A stretch of DNA of 51,294 nucleotides from positions 1-51,294 of the forward strand of contig DJVP01000011.1 in the NCBI GenBank assembly GCA_002441245.1, read 5' to 3'. The notes beneath the pieces are model-generated. The model worked only from the letters and a program-made list of their open reading frames with translations, had not been told where the DNA came from and ran no database searches. Numbering within the stretch: the first letter of the stretch is position 1; every line of letters begins with the position of its first letter. This document shows, in pieces, positions 24,216 to 32,092 of the stretch. The position numbers and the translations under genes were made by a program. This DNA is from Candidatus Omnitrophica bacterium UBA6253. GTDB taxonomy: Bacteria; Omnitrophota; Gorgyraeia; Gygaellales; Profunditerraquicolaceae.

Positions 24216-25238
24216 ATGGGAAAAAAGGGCAATCCTGCGCGGGCGAGCATACTGATTATTACTCTTTGGGTCTTAGGTTTTTTGACTGTTTTTGTGGTTA
24301 ACCTTGGATTCATGGTCAGGTCGCAATTGCAATTTGCTGATCACCTGCAGGATAGGATGAAAATGTATTATCTGGCCCGGGCAGGCATAGAAAGGGTGGT
24401 TGCTGAATTAAGTAATGATGAGACCGAAAGCTATGATTCCTTTAATGAGTCATGGGCGAATAATGAGGAGTTTTTCAAGGATGCAGTTTTTGGGGGAGGA
24501 TTTATAACTCTTAGCTACCATCCCGGGGACCAAGAAGGCGATGAAGGAGAGATGACATTATATGGGGCAATGGATGAAAGCAGTAAAATAGATATAAATA
24601 ATGCGCCCCAGGATATATTAATAACATTACTGGAGCGTATTGGCAAGGTAGAGGCAGAAGAGGCAATAGATATTTCCGGGGCAATCCTTGATTGGAGAGA
24701 TAAAGATGTAGCTGTTTCGACAGGAGGGGCCGAAGACGGATATTACCAGGGGTTATCTTCTCCCTATGAATGCAAAGATGGAAAATTTCAAATACCGGAA
24801 GAATTATTACTGGTTAAGGGCATGACCCTTGAGATCTTTTCCGAGATCAAGGATGTAATTACTGTTTATGATACAGAAAAGGTTAATATTAATACCGCAA
24901 GTTTTGACTGTTTATACGCTTTAGGCCTAAACAGAAGCCTTTGTGAACAGATAATTAAATTCCGCCAGGGTAGTGATGGATTGAGCGGCACCGAGGATGA
25001 TTTTATTTTTAAAACCCCCTCGGCATTAATGAGCATAGGCTCCTTGTTTACCGAGGAAGCCACACAAATAAATACTTTGATCTCCAGGAATATACTTACA
25101 GTAAGATCGGATATTTTCAGGATTAATTCTCTGGGGCAGCTAAAAAATGCAAGGGGGACGCGTTCCAGGGAGATTGTTTGTGTGTTAAAGCGCCAAAAAA
25201 ACAAGGGTGCGAAAATATTATATTGGCATGAAAATTAA
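24216..25238 (+). CDS. gspK: Minor pseudopilin GspK-like
   Basis: The N-terminal hydrophobic helix ASILIITLWVLGFLTVFV has no F/E prepilin pair. The motifs ESSKIDINNAP and EKVNINTAS (GspK-type KININ.A) are present, and the size is 340 aa. Confidence 0.7.
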   Translation: MGKKGNPARASILIITLWVLGFLTVFVVNLGFMVRSQLQFADHLQDRMKMYYLARAGIERVVAELSNDETESYDSFNESWANNEEFFKDAVFGGGFITLSYHPGDQEGDEGEMTLYGAMDESSKIDINNAPQDILITLLERIGKVEAEEAIDISGAILDWRDKDVAVSTGGAEDGYYQGLSSPYECKDGKFQIPEELLLVKGMTLEIFSEIKDVITVYDTEKVNINTASFDCLYALGLNRSLCEQIIKFRQGSDGLSGTEDDFIFKTPSALMSIGSLFTEEATQINTLISRNILTVRSDIFRINSLGQLKNARGTRSREIVCVLKRQKNKGAKILYWHEN

Positions 25239-26730
25239 TTTAACGAAATTATTCCAAAAGCAAGAGAAGGTAACAACTGTTGTCCAGATAGACAATAACT
25301 GGTTGAAATTAATCCAGGTAAAAGAGCTCAAGCGGGAGAAGAAGGTCTCCATGATCAAGGTTGCGGAGATTAGTTCTTTGTCCGACGAAGATATCACGCT
25401 TAAGATTTCTAATCTGGCTTCGGAGTTAAAGATAAATTCGCATTATCTCATTCTTTCTATACCGCGGCATCTAACAACCACCAGGAATCTTGATTTGCCT
25501 TCCGCAAACCCGCTTGAGATAAAAGATATGATTGAGCTTCAGATTGGCAAACAAACACCCTATGCCAGCGACGAGGTGATTAAAGATTATCAGATTTTAG
25601 GCAGCAATGCAGATGGGTACAGCAGGGTGCTTTTGGTTATTGTGCACCGGGATATTGTGGGAAGGTATTTTAAAATACTGGAATCAGCGGGACTTAAGGT
25701 GCAAAAGGTGAGTTTTAGCTCTGAGGGATTATTAAATTGGAGGAGCCTGGTTTACCGGGAAAAGGTCTCAGGCGAGAAAGTGCATATATTGATTGATGTT
25801 GATTATGATACAAGTGACTTTGAGGTTGTGCTGAATGATAAACTGGTTTTTGGCAGGAGTATCTCCTTGGGTTTCTCCCAGCTTCCCGGGCAAATAGAAC
25901 AGTGGCAGAAGAAATTTGTTGAAGAGATAAACCATTCAATTTATGCTTACCAGAATGAAATAATGGGCAAGGAGATCAGCAGGATTATAATAAGCCGTCC
26001 GAGGTTGGTCGGCGATAGCCTGGATAAAAATGTTTTAGAAAGAGAATTTGGTTTACCCGTAGAGATCATAGACCAATTCAAGGATATTCCCCTGACCGAG
26101 GAAGGTACGAATTCTTATAATAATTTGGTTAGGACTGATTTATCGTTTGCCGGATTAATCGGCTTGGGTTTGCCCTCTGGCGAACATAAGATTGACCTTG
26201 TTCCCCAGGAGCATCTGATAGGCAAGGCGGTAAAAGAAAAAGGCAAAGACCTATACATTATGGGCATACTATTGGTGTTTATCTTGGTTGCTGTTTCTGG
26301 TGTTTTCCTGGGGAGGATGTATAATAAAGAACGGTACTTGAGTCAATTAAAACAGCGGCTCGATCAGATCCAGGACAAGACCAAGGAATTAAATGGCATG
26401 ATCCGGGGGATAGAAACAATAAAAGACAGGGTTTATACAAGAGGTACATCGCTTAATCTTTTTTATGAGGTGCACCGGGCGATCTCTCCTGAAATTCATT
26501 TAATTTCGATAAGCTTTGACGGGAAAGAAAACCTTATCTTGCGGGGAGAGTCAAATGAGATGTCCGAGGTTTTTAGCTTTGTTAATAAATTAGAAGAATC
26601 AGCGTATTTTCAGAATGTTAAGTCGAAATACGCCACTAAACGCAAGGTGGGGGATAAAGAAATTACGGATTTTGAAATTTCCTGCCCCTTGCAGGATAAA
26701 TACAAGGTTACGGATAAACACAAATTATAA
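25228..26730 (+). CDS. PilM-PilN fusion (GspL-like): actin-like cytoplasmic domain, TM segment and periplasmic domain
   Basis: An N-terminal domain of roughly 340 aa has PilM-like organisation. It is followed by the TM segment LYIMGILLVFILVAVSGVFLG and a PilN-like coiled-coil/ferredoxin-like tail. ATG 25228 is preferred; the alternative GTG 25207 lies deeper in the gspK overlap. Confidence 0.6.
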   Translation: MKINLTKLFQKQEKVTTVVQIDNNWLKLIQVKELKREKKVSMIKVAEISSLSDEDITLKISNLASELKINSHYLILSIPRHLTTTRNLDLPSANPLEIKDMIELQIGKQTPYASDEVIKDYQILGSNADGYSRVLLVIVHRDIVGRYFKILESAGLKVQKVSFSSEGLLNWRSLVYREKVSGEKVHILIDVDYDTSDFEVVLNDKLVFGRSISLGFSQLPGQIEQWQKKFVEEINHSIYAYQNEIMGKEISRIIISRPRLVGDSLDKNVLEREFGLPVEIIDQFKDIPLTEEGTNSYNNLVRTDLSFAGLIGLGLPSGEHKIDLVPQEHLIGKAVKEKGKDLYIMGILLVFILVAVSGVFLGRMYNKERYLSQLKQRLDQIQDKTKELNGMIRGIETIKDRVYTRGTSLNLFYEVHRAISPEIHLISISFDGKENLILRGESNEMSEVFSFVNKLEESAYFQNVKSKYATKRKVGDKEITDFEISCPLQDKYKVTDKHKL

Positions 26731-26736
26731 ATAAGA

Positions 26737-27270
26737 ATGGAATTCCTGTCCAGGCTATCTAAAAAAGAAAGGCGTTTGTTTTATATCACAGTGGCGGTGG
26801 TGGCCATTGTTTTTCTTGAGAGGGTGGTTTTTAAGCCGGTTATGAATAAGCTGGAAAATTTTAACGGCAAGATATCTTTAGAAGAAAAGAAGCTGGAAAA
26901 GTCAATGCATATTCTGGGGCAGGAATCAGCCATAACCAGCGAATATGAGAAATTTGCTCAAAGCATAAAACAAGAGCAATCCGATGAAGAGACGCTAGCC
27001 ATATTGCTTAGCAGTATTGAGAAGATGGCAAACAGCGTTTCTGTTTTTATCTTGGATATGAAGCCTGGCACAGTAGAGAAAGCCGAGTTTTACAAGAAAT
27101 ATACCGTTAAAATTGAAGCCGAGGCAAAGATCAGTAACTTGACAGATTTTATTTATCAGTTGGAGAATTCTCCGAAATTGCTCAGGGTATCGGATTTTCG
27201 CCTGACCCCCCAGAAAAAAGAGACTGTTCTTAAAATTAGCATGACAGTTACTGAGGTTTTGATTAATTGA
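26737..27270 (+). CDS. PilO/GspM-like bitopic assembly protein
   Basis: This 177-aa protein has a single N-terminal TM segment (LFYITVAVVAIVFL) and a coiled-coil segment. The call rests mainly on its position after PilM-N; sequence evidence is weak. Confidence 0.45.
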   Translation: MEFLSRLSKKERRLFYITVAVVAIVFLERVVFKPVMNKLENFNGKISLEEKKLEKSMHILGQESAITSEYEKFAQSIKQEQSDEETLAILLSSIEKMANSVSVFILDMKPGTVEKAEFYKKYTVKIEAEAKISNLTDFIYQLENSPKLLRVSDFRLTPQKKETVLKISMTVTEVLIN

Positions 27271-27295
27271 TAAGCCGCAGGGCCTTACTCCTACC

Positions 27296-28414
27296 ATGAA
27301 GGTACTAACTCAGTTTGAAAAGAAATCGCGTTTATTTGCTGACCCGGAGTTTATTGTATCCTGCCTTGATTCATCTTCGCTGGTTTCTAGTTTTAAGGAT
27401 ATGGAACGGGCACTCTCATGCGGGTATTATTTGGCAGGTTTCCTGTCCTATGAAGCAGGTTATTGTTTCGAAGAAAAGTTAGCTAGGAACAGGCTTTATG
27501 ATTTTCCCCTTCTTTATTTTGGGGCGTATAAAGGCGTAAGTAAGGATAAGCCTGGATTATCAAGGCTGCCTCTTGCGGATTATCCGGAAAATATCCGTTT
27601 AAATATCAAGCGGGATGAATATTCCCTAAATATAAATACTATCCGCGATTATATATCTAAAGGGGATGTCTATCAGATTACCTATTGTATAAAACTATTG
27701 TTTGAATTCTACGGTTCAGCTTTCTCTCTTTACAGCCAACTTCTAAAAGAACAGCCAGTGCCTTATCCTGCCTATATTGAAACTGACCAGTTTCGAATAC
27801 TTTCTCTGTCCCCGGAGCTGTTTATTAAAAAGGAAGCTGCGCATATGGTGACCAAACCCATGAAAGGAACTTGGCCAAGAGGCCAAGGCGCGCTTTCGGA
27901 TTTATTTGCCCCGTTACGTTTAAGAAATGATTTAAAAAACCGGGCGGAGAACGTAATGATTGCTGATTTATTAAGGAATGATTTGGGCAGGCTCGGCCTT
28001 AATGTCAAGGCACCTACGCTGTTTGAAGTAGCCAGGTATAAAACTCTTTGCCAGATGACTTCTACTGTAACGGCTAAAATAGACAAGGATATATCCATTT
28101 ATAAACTTTTTTCTTCACTTTTCCCATCGGGTTCGGTTAGCGGAGCGCCGAAGATTAGCGCCATGGGGATAATAAGTCAGTTGGAAAAAGAGGAACGTAA
28201 GATTTATACCGGAGCTATCGGGTATATAACCCCCGAAAAAGATATGTTTTTTAATATACCTATACGTACGCTTTTGATCCAGGGTGCTCAAGGCCAGATG
28301 GGCATAGGAGGCGGGATAGTCTGGGATTCAACCCCTGCAGGGGAGTGGAGCGAGGGGTTGCTTAAGGCGAAGTTCCTTACAGACCTTGCTAAAACTCCTT
28401 TTGCCCCTTGTTGA
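27296..28414 (+). CDS. pabB: Chorismate-binding enzyme, probably aminodeoxychorismate synthase component I
   Basis: The motifs SPELFIKK, KPMKGTWPRG (Lys as in PabB PIKGT, versus Ala in TrpE), AENVMIADLLRND, GAIGYI and GGGIVWDS are present. Confidence 0.65.
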   Translation: MKVLTQFEKKSRLFADPEFIVSCLDSSSLVSSFKDMERALSCGYYLAGFLSYEAGYCFEEKLARNRLYDFPLLYFGAYKGVSKDKPGLSRLPLADYPENIRLNIKRDEYSLNINTIRDYISKGDVYQITYCIKLLFEFYGSAFSLYSQLLKEQPVPYPAYIETDQFRILSLSPELFIKKEAAHMVTKPMKGTWPRGQGALSDLFAPLRLRNDLKNRAENVMIADLLRNDLGRLGLNVKAPTLFEVARYKTLCQMTSTVTAKIDKDISIYKLFSSLFPSGSVSGAPKISAMGIISQLEKEERKIYTGAIGYITPEKDMFFNIPIRTLLIQGAQGQMGIGGGIVWDSTPAGEWSEGLLKAKFLTDLAKTPFAPC

Positions 28415-28435
28415 TAAAAGGCCGATAAAAAAAGA

Positions 28436-28465
28436 TTAGCATTAGAGCACCAGAAGAAGTATAAT
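28436..28465 (+). promoter_or_regulatory. Possible sigma70-like promoter for the kinase/regulator pair
   Basis: TTAGCA, an 18-nt spacer, then TATAAT. The -35 match and the spacing are both sub-optimal. Confidence 0.3.
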
Positions 28466-28496
28466 TTATAAAAAGAGAAGGATTAATCTTAACCTC

Positions 28497-29954
28497 ATGC
28501 CTTTAAAAATATCTAAAGACCAGCGTTTGCTTAACTTTATTGAAAGAAACCACGATGGTATAGTGGTCGTGGATAAATCAGGCCTTGTGCTTTTTGTTAA
28601 CTTCGCCGCGGCAAAGCTTTTTAATCGCGAGAGGAAAGAATTATGCGGCAAGCCGTTTGGGTTTTCCTTGCCTGGTGATAATATAGTTGAAATCAATATC
28701 CCGGGGATAAACAAGGAAGTTGGCATCGCTCAAATGCAGCAGATGTCTATAGAATGGCAGGGTAAACGGGCGTTTGCCTTATTGATACATGATATTTCTG
28801 AACTTAAGAAAACAGAAATGCTTAAAGCCGCCATGGATGAGCGCAGGCGCATTGATAGGATAAAAAATGAATTTATTTCTAATGTTTCTCATGAGTTGCG
28901 CACTCCGCTTACCTCGGTGAGGGAAGGGATAAGCCAGATCCTGGAAGGTTTTCTGGGCAGGACTACAGAAAGGCAAAAGGAGTTTTTATCCATGTGCCTT
29001 GAAGATATTGACCGCCTGTCCAGGATTATCGACGGCCTTCTGGATATCTCAAGGATTGAATCCGGTAAGATTATCCTTAAGAAAGAAACATTGGATATTG
29101 TGGATTTAGCTAAAAGTGCGGTAACTTCGCTTTCCGTTAAAATAAAGAATAAGGGGTTGGAATTAATAGAGGATTTCCCCAAAGAAAAAACGGAAATCTA
29201 TGTTGATAAAGACAGGATTATTGAGGTATTTATCAATTTACTGGGCAATGCTATTAAATTTACCGATAAGGGCCATATCGGTATTTCCATAAAAAATAAA
29301 GCCAAAATGGTTGAATGTTGTGTAGCGGACACCGGCCGGGGGATAGCTAAAAAGGACATCCCCAGGGTTTTTAGCAGGTTCCAACAGTTCGGCCGCGTAT
29401 TTGGTCCGGGCGAAAAAGGTACCGGCCTGGGGCTTTCCATTGTTAAAAGTATAATTGAATTGCATAAAGGTCAAATCCGTGTAGAGAGTAAATTAAATAG
29501 GGGGACTAGGTTCATCTTTACCCTGTTTAAATATACTTCCAGGGAATTGTTTAAACAATATATAGTCGACGGCCTAAGAGAAGCGGTACATAATGACGAG
29601 CCTCTTTCTATTTTTGTTTTTTATATTGAGGATTTTGCACTTGTTAAAAAAGAGTTTGACAGTAAAAAGATTACTGTGCTGATGAATAAATTCTATGAAA
29701 TAATAGGAGGACACCTGCGCCGTCAGGCTGACCTGGCGGTTAAGGATGACCGCGCTATCCTCCTGGTACTCCCAGTTACTAAAAACGAATATATTGATAG
29801 TATCCAGATGAGGTTATCTCAAGCCCTTGAAGAATATTTGACTAAAGAAGGGTTGGATAAGAAAATAAGGATAGGGTCTAAGACAGCGGGCTTCCCCAAG
29901 GACGGCTCCAGCCCCGATGAATTATTTGATAAAATAAAAGAGGCAGTTAGTTAG
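28497..29954 (+). CDS. Cytoplasmic PAS sensor histidine kinase with an extra C-terminal degenerate GGDEF-like domain
   Basis: The PAS domain reads FIERNHDGIVVVDKSGLVLFVNFAAAKLF. The H-box is [10 protein letters not shown], the N-box NLLGNAIKFT and the G-boxes DTGRGI / GTGLGLSI. The C-terminal roughly 135 aa is LSIFVFYIEDFALVKKEFD...RRQADLAVKDDRAILLVLP. Confidence 0.85.
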   Translation: MPLKISKDQRLLNFIERNHDGIVVVDKSGLVLFVNFAAAKLFNRERKELCGKPFGFSLPGDNIVEINIPGINKEVGIAQMQQMSIEWQGKRAFALLIHDISELKKTEMLKAAMDERRRIDRIKNEFISNVSHELRTPLTSVREGISQILEGFLGRTTERQKEFLSMCLEDIDRLSRIIDGLLDISRIESGKIILKKETLDIVDLAKSAVTSLSVKIKNKGLELIEDFPKEKTEIYVDKDRIIEVFINLLGNAIKFTDKGHIGISIKNKAKMVECCVADTGRGIAKKDIPRVFSRFQQFGRVFGPGEKGTGLGLSIVKSIIELHKGQIRVESKLNRGTRFIFTLFKYTSRELFKQYIVDGLREAVHNDEPLSIFVFYIEDFALVKKEFDSKKITVLMNKFYEIIGGHLRRQADLAVKDDRAILLVLPVTKNEYIDSIQMRLSQALEEYLTKEGLDKKIRIGSKTAGFPKDGSSPDELFDKIKEAVS

Positions 29955-29968
29955 GCGAAAGGAATAAG

Positions 29969-30337
29969 ATGGCAAAGAAAATATTACTGGTTGATGATGA
30001 GCCTCATATAATTATGATGCTGGAGAATAGAATGAAACATGCAGGTTATGATGTAATTACCGCTTCTGACGGCCAGGAAGCCCTTGTAAAGGCCCATAAG
30101 GAAAAGCCCGACCTTATTATATTGGATTTGATGCTTCCTAAATTAGACGGCTATAAGGTTTGCCGGATGCTTAAGTTTGATGAAAAATATAAGCATATTC
30201 CTATAATTATGCTTTCCGCTAGGGCACAGGAGGCAGACAAAAAGATGGGGGAGACTGTGGGCGCAGACGGTTATATTACTAAGCCTTTTGAGCCACAGGT
30301 ATTGTTAGGCAAGGTAAGCGACCTGTTGATGGGGTAA
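29969..30337 (+). CDS. Single-domain CheY-like response regulator
   Basis: The motifs ILLVDDE, DLIILDLMLPKLDG (Asp acceptor present), MLSA and ITKPF are present. The gene starts 14 nt after the kinase stop. Confidence 0.85.
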   Translation: MAKKILLVDDEPHIIMMLENRMKHAGYDVITASDGQEALVKAHKEKPDLIILDLMLPKLDGYKVCRMLKFDEKYKHIPIIMLSARAQEADKKMGETVGADGYITKPFEPQVLLGKVSDLLMG

Positions 30338-30387
30338 ATAACGGATAATATGATAATGTAGTTAATCTTTAAGGGTGAGTGTTTGTA

Positions 30388-30415
30388 TTGACAATTATGA
30401 TTAAAGTGGTATAAT
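30388..30415 (+). promoter_or_regulatory. Near-consensus sigma70 promoter with an extended -10 element
   Basis: TTGACA (30388-30393), a 16-nt spacer ending in TGg, then TATAAT (30410-30415). Confidence 0.6.
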
Positions 30416-30421
30416 AAAGCA

Positions 30422-30484
30422 AAGATTAGGGAATTTTTTAGTTTAGGCCGCAAAGAGAGGGCAACTAACCTTTGCGGCTTTTTT
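30422..30484 (+). ncRNA. Candidate short transcript of about 60 nt (sRNA or terminated leader), running from the consensus promoter to the intrinsic terminator
   Basis: The predicted start lies about 7 nt after the -10 element. The RNA would end at the GC-rich hairpin and U-tract (30447-30484). No ORF lies within it. Confidence 0.3.
30447..30484 (+). terminator. Rho-independent terminator
   Basis: A 9-bp stem, GCCGCAAAG (30447-30455) paired with CTTTGCGGC (30470-30478), encloses a 14-nt loop and is followed by TTTTTT (30479-30484). Confidence 0.6.
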
Positions 30485-30545
30485 GGGTCTAGCACCCGGC
30501 CTGAAAGGAATCGGCCGGTGTGTCTTTGTGGTCTAGGAGGTGTCT

Positions 30546-30698
30546 ATTAAAAAGGTAAAGACTTCACTTAAGGGCAGGAAGTGCAAATATTTGCATTGCA
30601 AGCATATATTAAGTATCTATAATCATGAGGATTATTGCCATATCCATCTCGGTTTATTGGCTTATAGCGAGAAAAATAAGACAGGCAAGGTGTCTTGA
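30546..30698 (+). CDS. Unannotated small Cys/His-rich ORF (about 50 aa) coupled to the DEAD-box helicase gene
   Basis: The frame is open from 30537 to TGA 30696-30698. The peptide is (V)SIKKVKTSLKGRKCKYLHCKHILSIYNHEDYCHIHLGLLAYSEKNKTGKVS. AGGAGG lies at 30535-30540. The only well-spaced start is ATT 30546, because GTG 30540 overlaps the Shine-Dalgarno. The stop overlaps the helicase ATG (TGATG). Confidence 0.3.
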   Translation: MKKVKTSLKGRKCKYLHCKHILSIYNHEDYCHIHLGLLAYSEKNKTGKVS

Positions 30699-31999
30699 TG
30701 AATAAAACGATAATCACAAATAGCTCCCCGCAGGTAACTGCTGATTTTTATGGGTTAGGTATTGCCCCTAAGATTCTGGATATTTTAGGGCATATGAAAT
30801 TTAAAGTTCCTACGCCTATTCAGTTAAAAGCAATTCCCCTGGCCATTGAAGGCAAGGATATTGTGGGTATTGCACAGACCGGAACAGGAAAAACACATTC
30901 TTTTGCCATCCCCATGGTGCAGCGCTTGGTGCAGAAAAAAGGTATAGGATTGGTGCTTGCGCCTACGAGGGAACTGGCTATCCAGATTGATGAAGCCTGT
31001 CATATGCTTGCCCATGCCTTTGGCATGAAGACGGCCTGTCTTATCGGCGGGGCGCCTATGGATCCTCAGGTGCAGGCCTTGCGCAAAGATCCCCGTTTGG
31101 TAATCGCTACTCCGGGCAGGTTGATTGACCATATGTCTCAATGGAATTTTCTGCCGGATAGCGTGGTTATGCTTGTGCTTGATGAGGCTGATCGCATGCT
31201 GGATATGGGATTTGCTCCGCAAATTGAGAAAATACTGCGCTTCCTGCCCAAAGAAAGACAGACCATGCTTTTTTCGGCAACTATGCCCAAAGAGATTATG
31301 AACATTGCTGCTAAATATATGAAATTGCCTTTAAGCGTTGAAATAGCTCCTTCCGGGACTACCTCTGAGAAGGTTACCCAGGAGCTGTTTATCGTAAAGA
31401 AAGAGGCAAAGACGCAGTTGCTTAAGAAATTACTTGCGCAATATCACGGCACAGTGCTTTTGTTTTCGCGTACTAAACATAATGCTAAAAAGATTGTCAG
31501 GTCGATCAGGGATATGGGGTACCCTGCTTCAGAGATTCATTCTAATCGTTCCCTTGCTCAGCGACGCGAGGCCTTAGAAGGTTTTAAATCCGGTAAGTAC
31601 AGGGTGTTGGTGGCTACTGATATTGCTTCCCGGGGTATTGATGTTACCGGGATTGAACTGGTGATTAATTATGATTTGCCTGAGGACGCGGAAAATTATG
31701 TGCATCGTATAGGTCGGACTGCCCGCGCAGGGCATAAAGGCCATGCCATTTCTTTTGCCACGCCTGATCAGGGGCATGATGTACGCGATATTGAAAAGCT
31801 TATTAAGGCCACCTTGCCTGTATCAAAACACGCTGAACTTACTCTTGATAAGTTCAGCGAATCCAATCAAAGCTCAAGCCAGCATTCCGGACGTTCTTTT
31901 GGCCGCCAGTCTAACCATGGACAGCCAAGGTATGGCCAGTCAAACCATGCCCAGGCCAAGAGACCGTATAAATACCCAAAGCCTAAGTTCTACCGTTAG
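30698..31999 (+). CDS. DEAD-box ATP-dependent RNA helicase
   Basis: The Q-motif reads F..PTPIQ. The motifs AQTGTGKT, PTRELA, DEAD, SAT and HRIGRTARAG are present, with a basic Gln/Ser/Arg-rich C-terminal tail. ATG 30698 is preferred over TTG 30695. Confidence 0.9.
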   Translation: MNKTIITNSSPQVTADFYGLGIAPKILDILGHMKFKVPTPIQLKAIPLAIEGKDIVGIAQTGTGKTHSFAIPMVQRLVQKKGIGLVLAPTRELAIQIDEACHMLAHAFGMKTACLIGGAPMDPQVQALRKDPRLVIATPGRLIDHMSQWNFLPDSVVMLVLDEADRMLDMGFAPQIEKILRFLPKERQTMLFSATMPKEIMNIAAKYMKLPLSVEIAPSGTTSEKVTQELFIVKKEAKTQLLKKLLAQYHGTVLLFSRTKHNAKKIVRSIRDMGYPASEIHSNRSLAQRREALEGFKSGKYRVLVATDIASRGIDVTGIELVINYDLPEDAENYVHRIGRTARAGHKGHAISFATPDQGHDVRDIEKLIKATLPVSKHAELTLDKFSESNQSSSQHSGRSFGRQSNHGQPRYGQSNHAQAKRPYKYPKPKFYR

Positions 32000-32026
32000 T
32001 TAATAAACCAAGTTTTTTTAAAATCC

Positions 32027-32054
32027 TTGTCAAACGCGCTAATTATTTTATAAT
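32027..32054 (+). promoter_or_regulatory. Sigma70-like promoter upstream of the MFS gene
   Basis: TTGTCA (32027-32032), a 16-nt spacer, then TATAAT (32049-32054). Confidence 0.45.
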
Positions 32055-32092
32055 AATACCAGTTTCTATTAGAACCGTAATACTTAGCTGTG

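Noticed and set aside
30540-30542. GTG 30540 as the start of the small Cys/His ORF
   Set aside because: It overlaps the last base of the AGGAGG Shine-Dalgarno, giving zero spacing. That is incompatible with normal initiation, so ATT 30546 is the better, though non-canonical, candidate. The ORF as a whole remains unproven.
31743-32003. An 86-aa + strand ORF in an alternative frame at the end of the helicase gene. Similar alternative-frame ORFs occur at 6334-6519, 46382-46585, 48379-48567 and 49745-49942.
   Set aside because: All are embedded in strongly supported genes in another frame. They have no motifs and no independent start signals.
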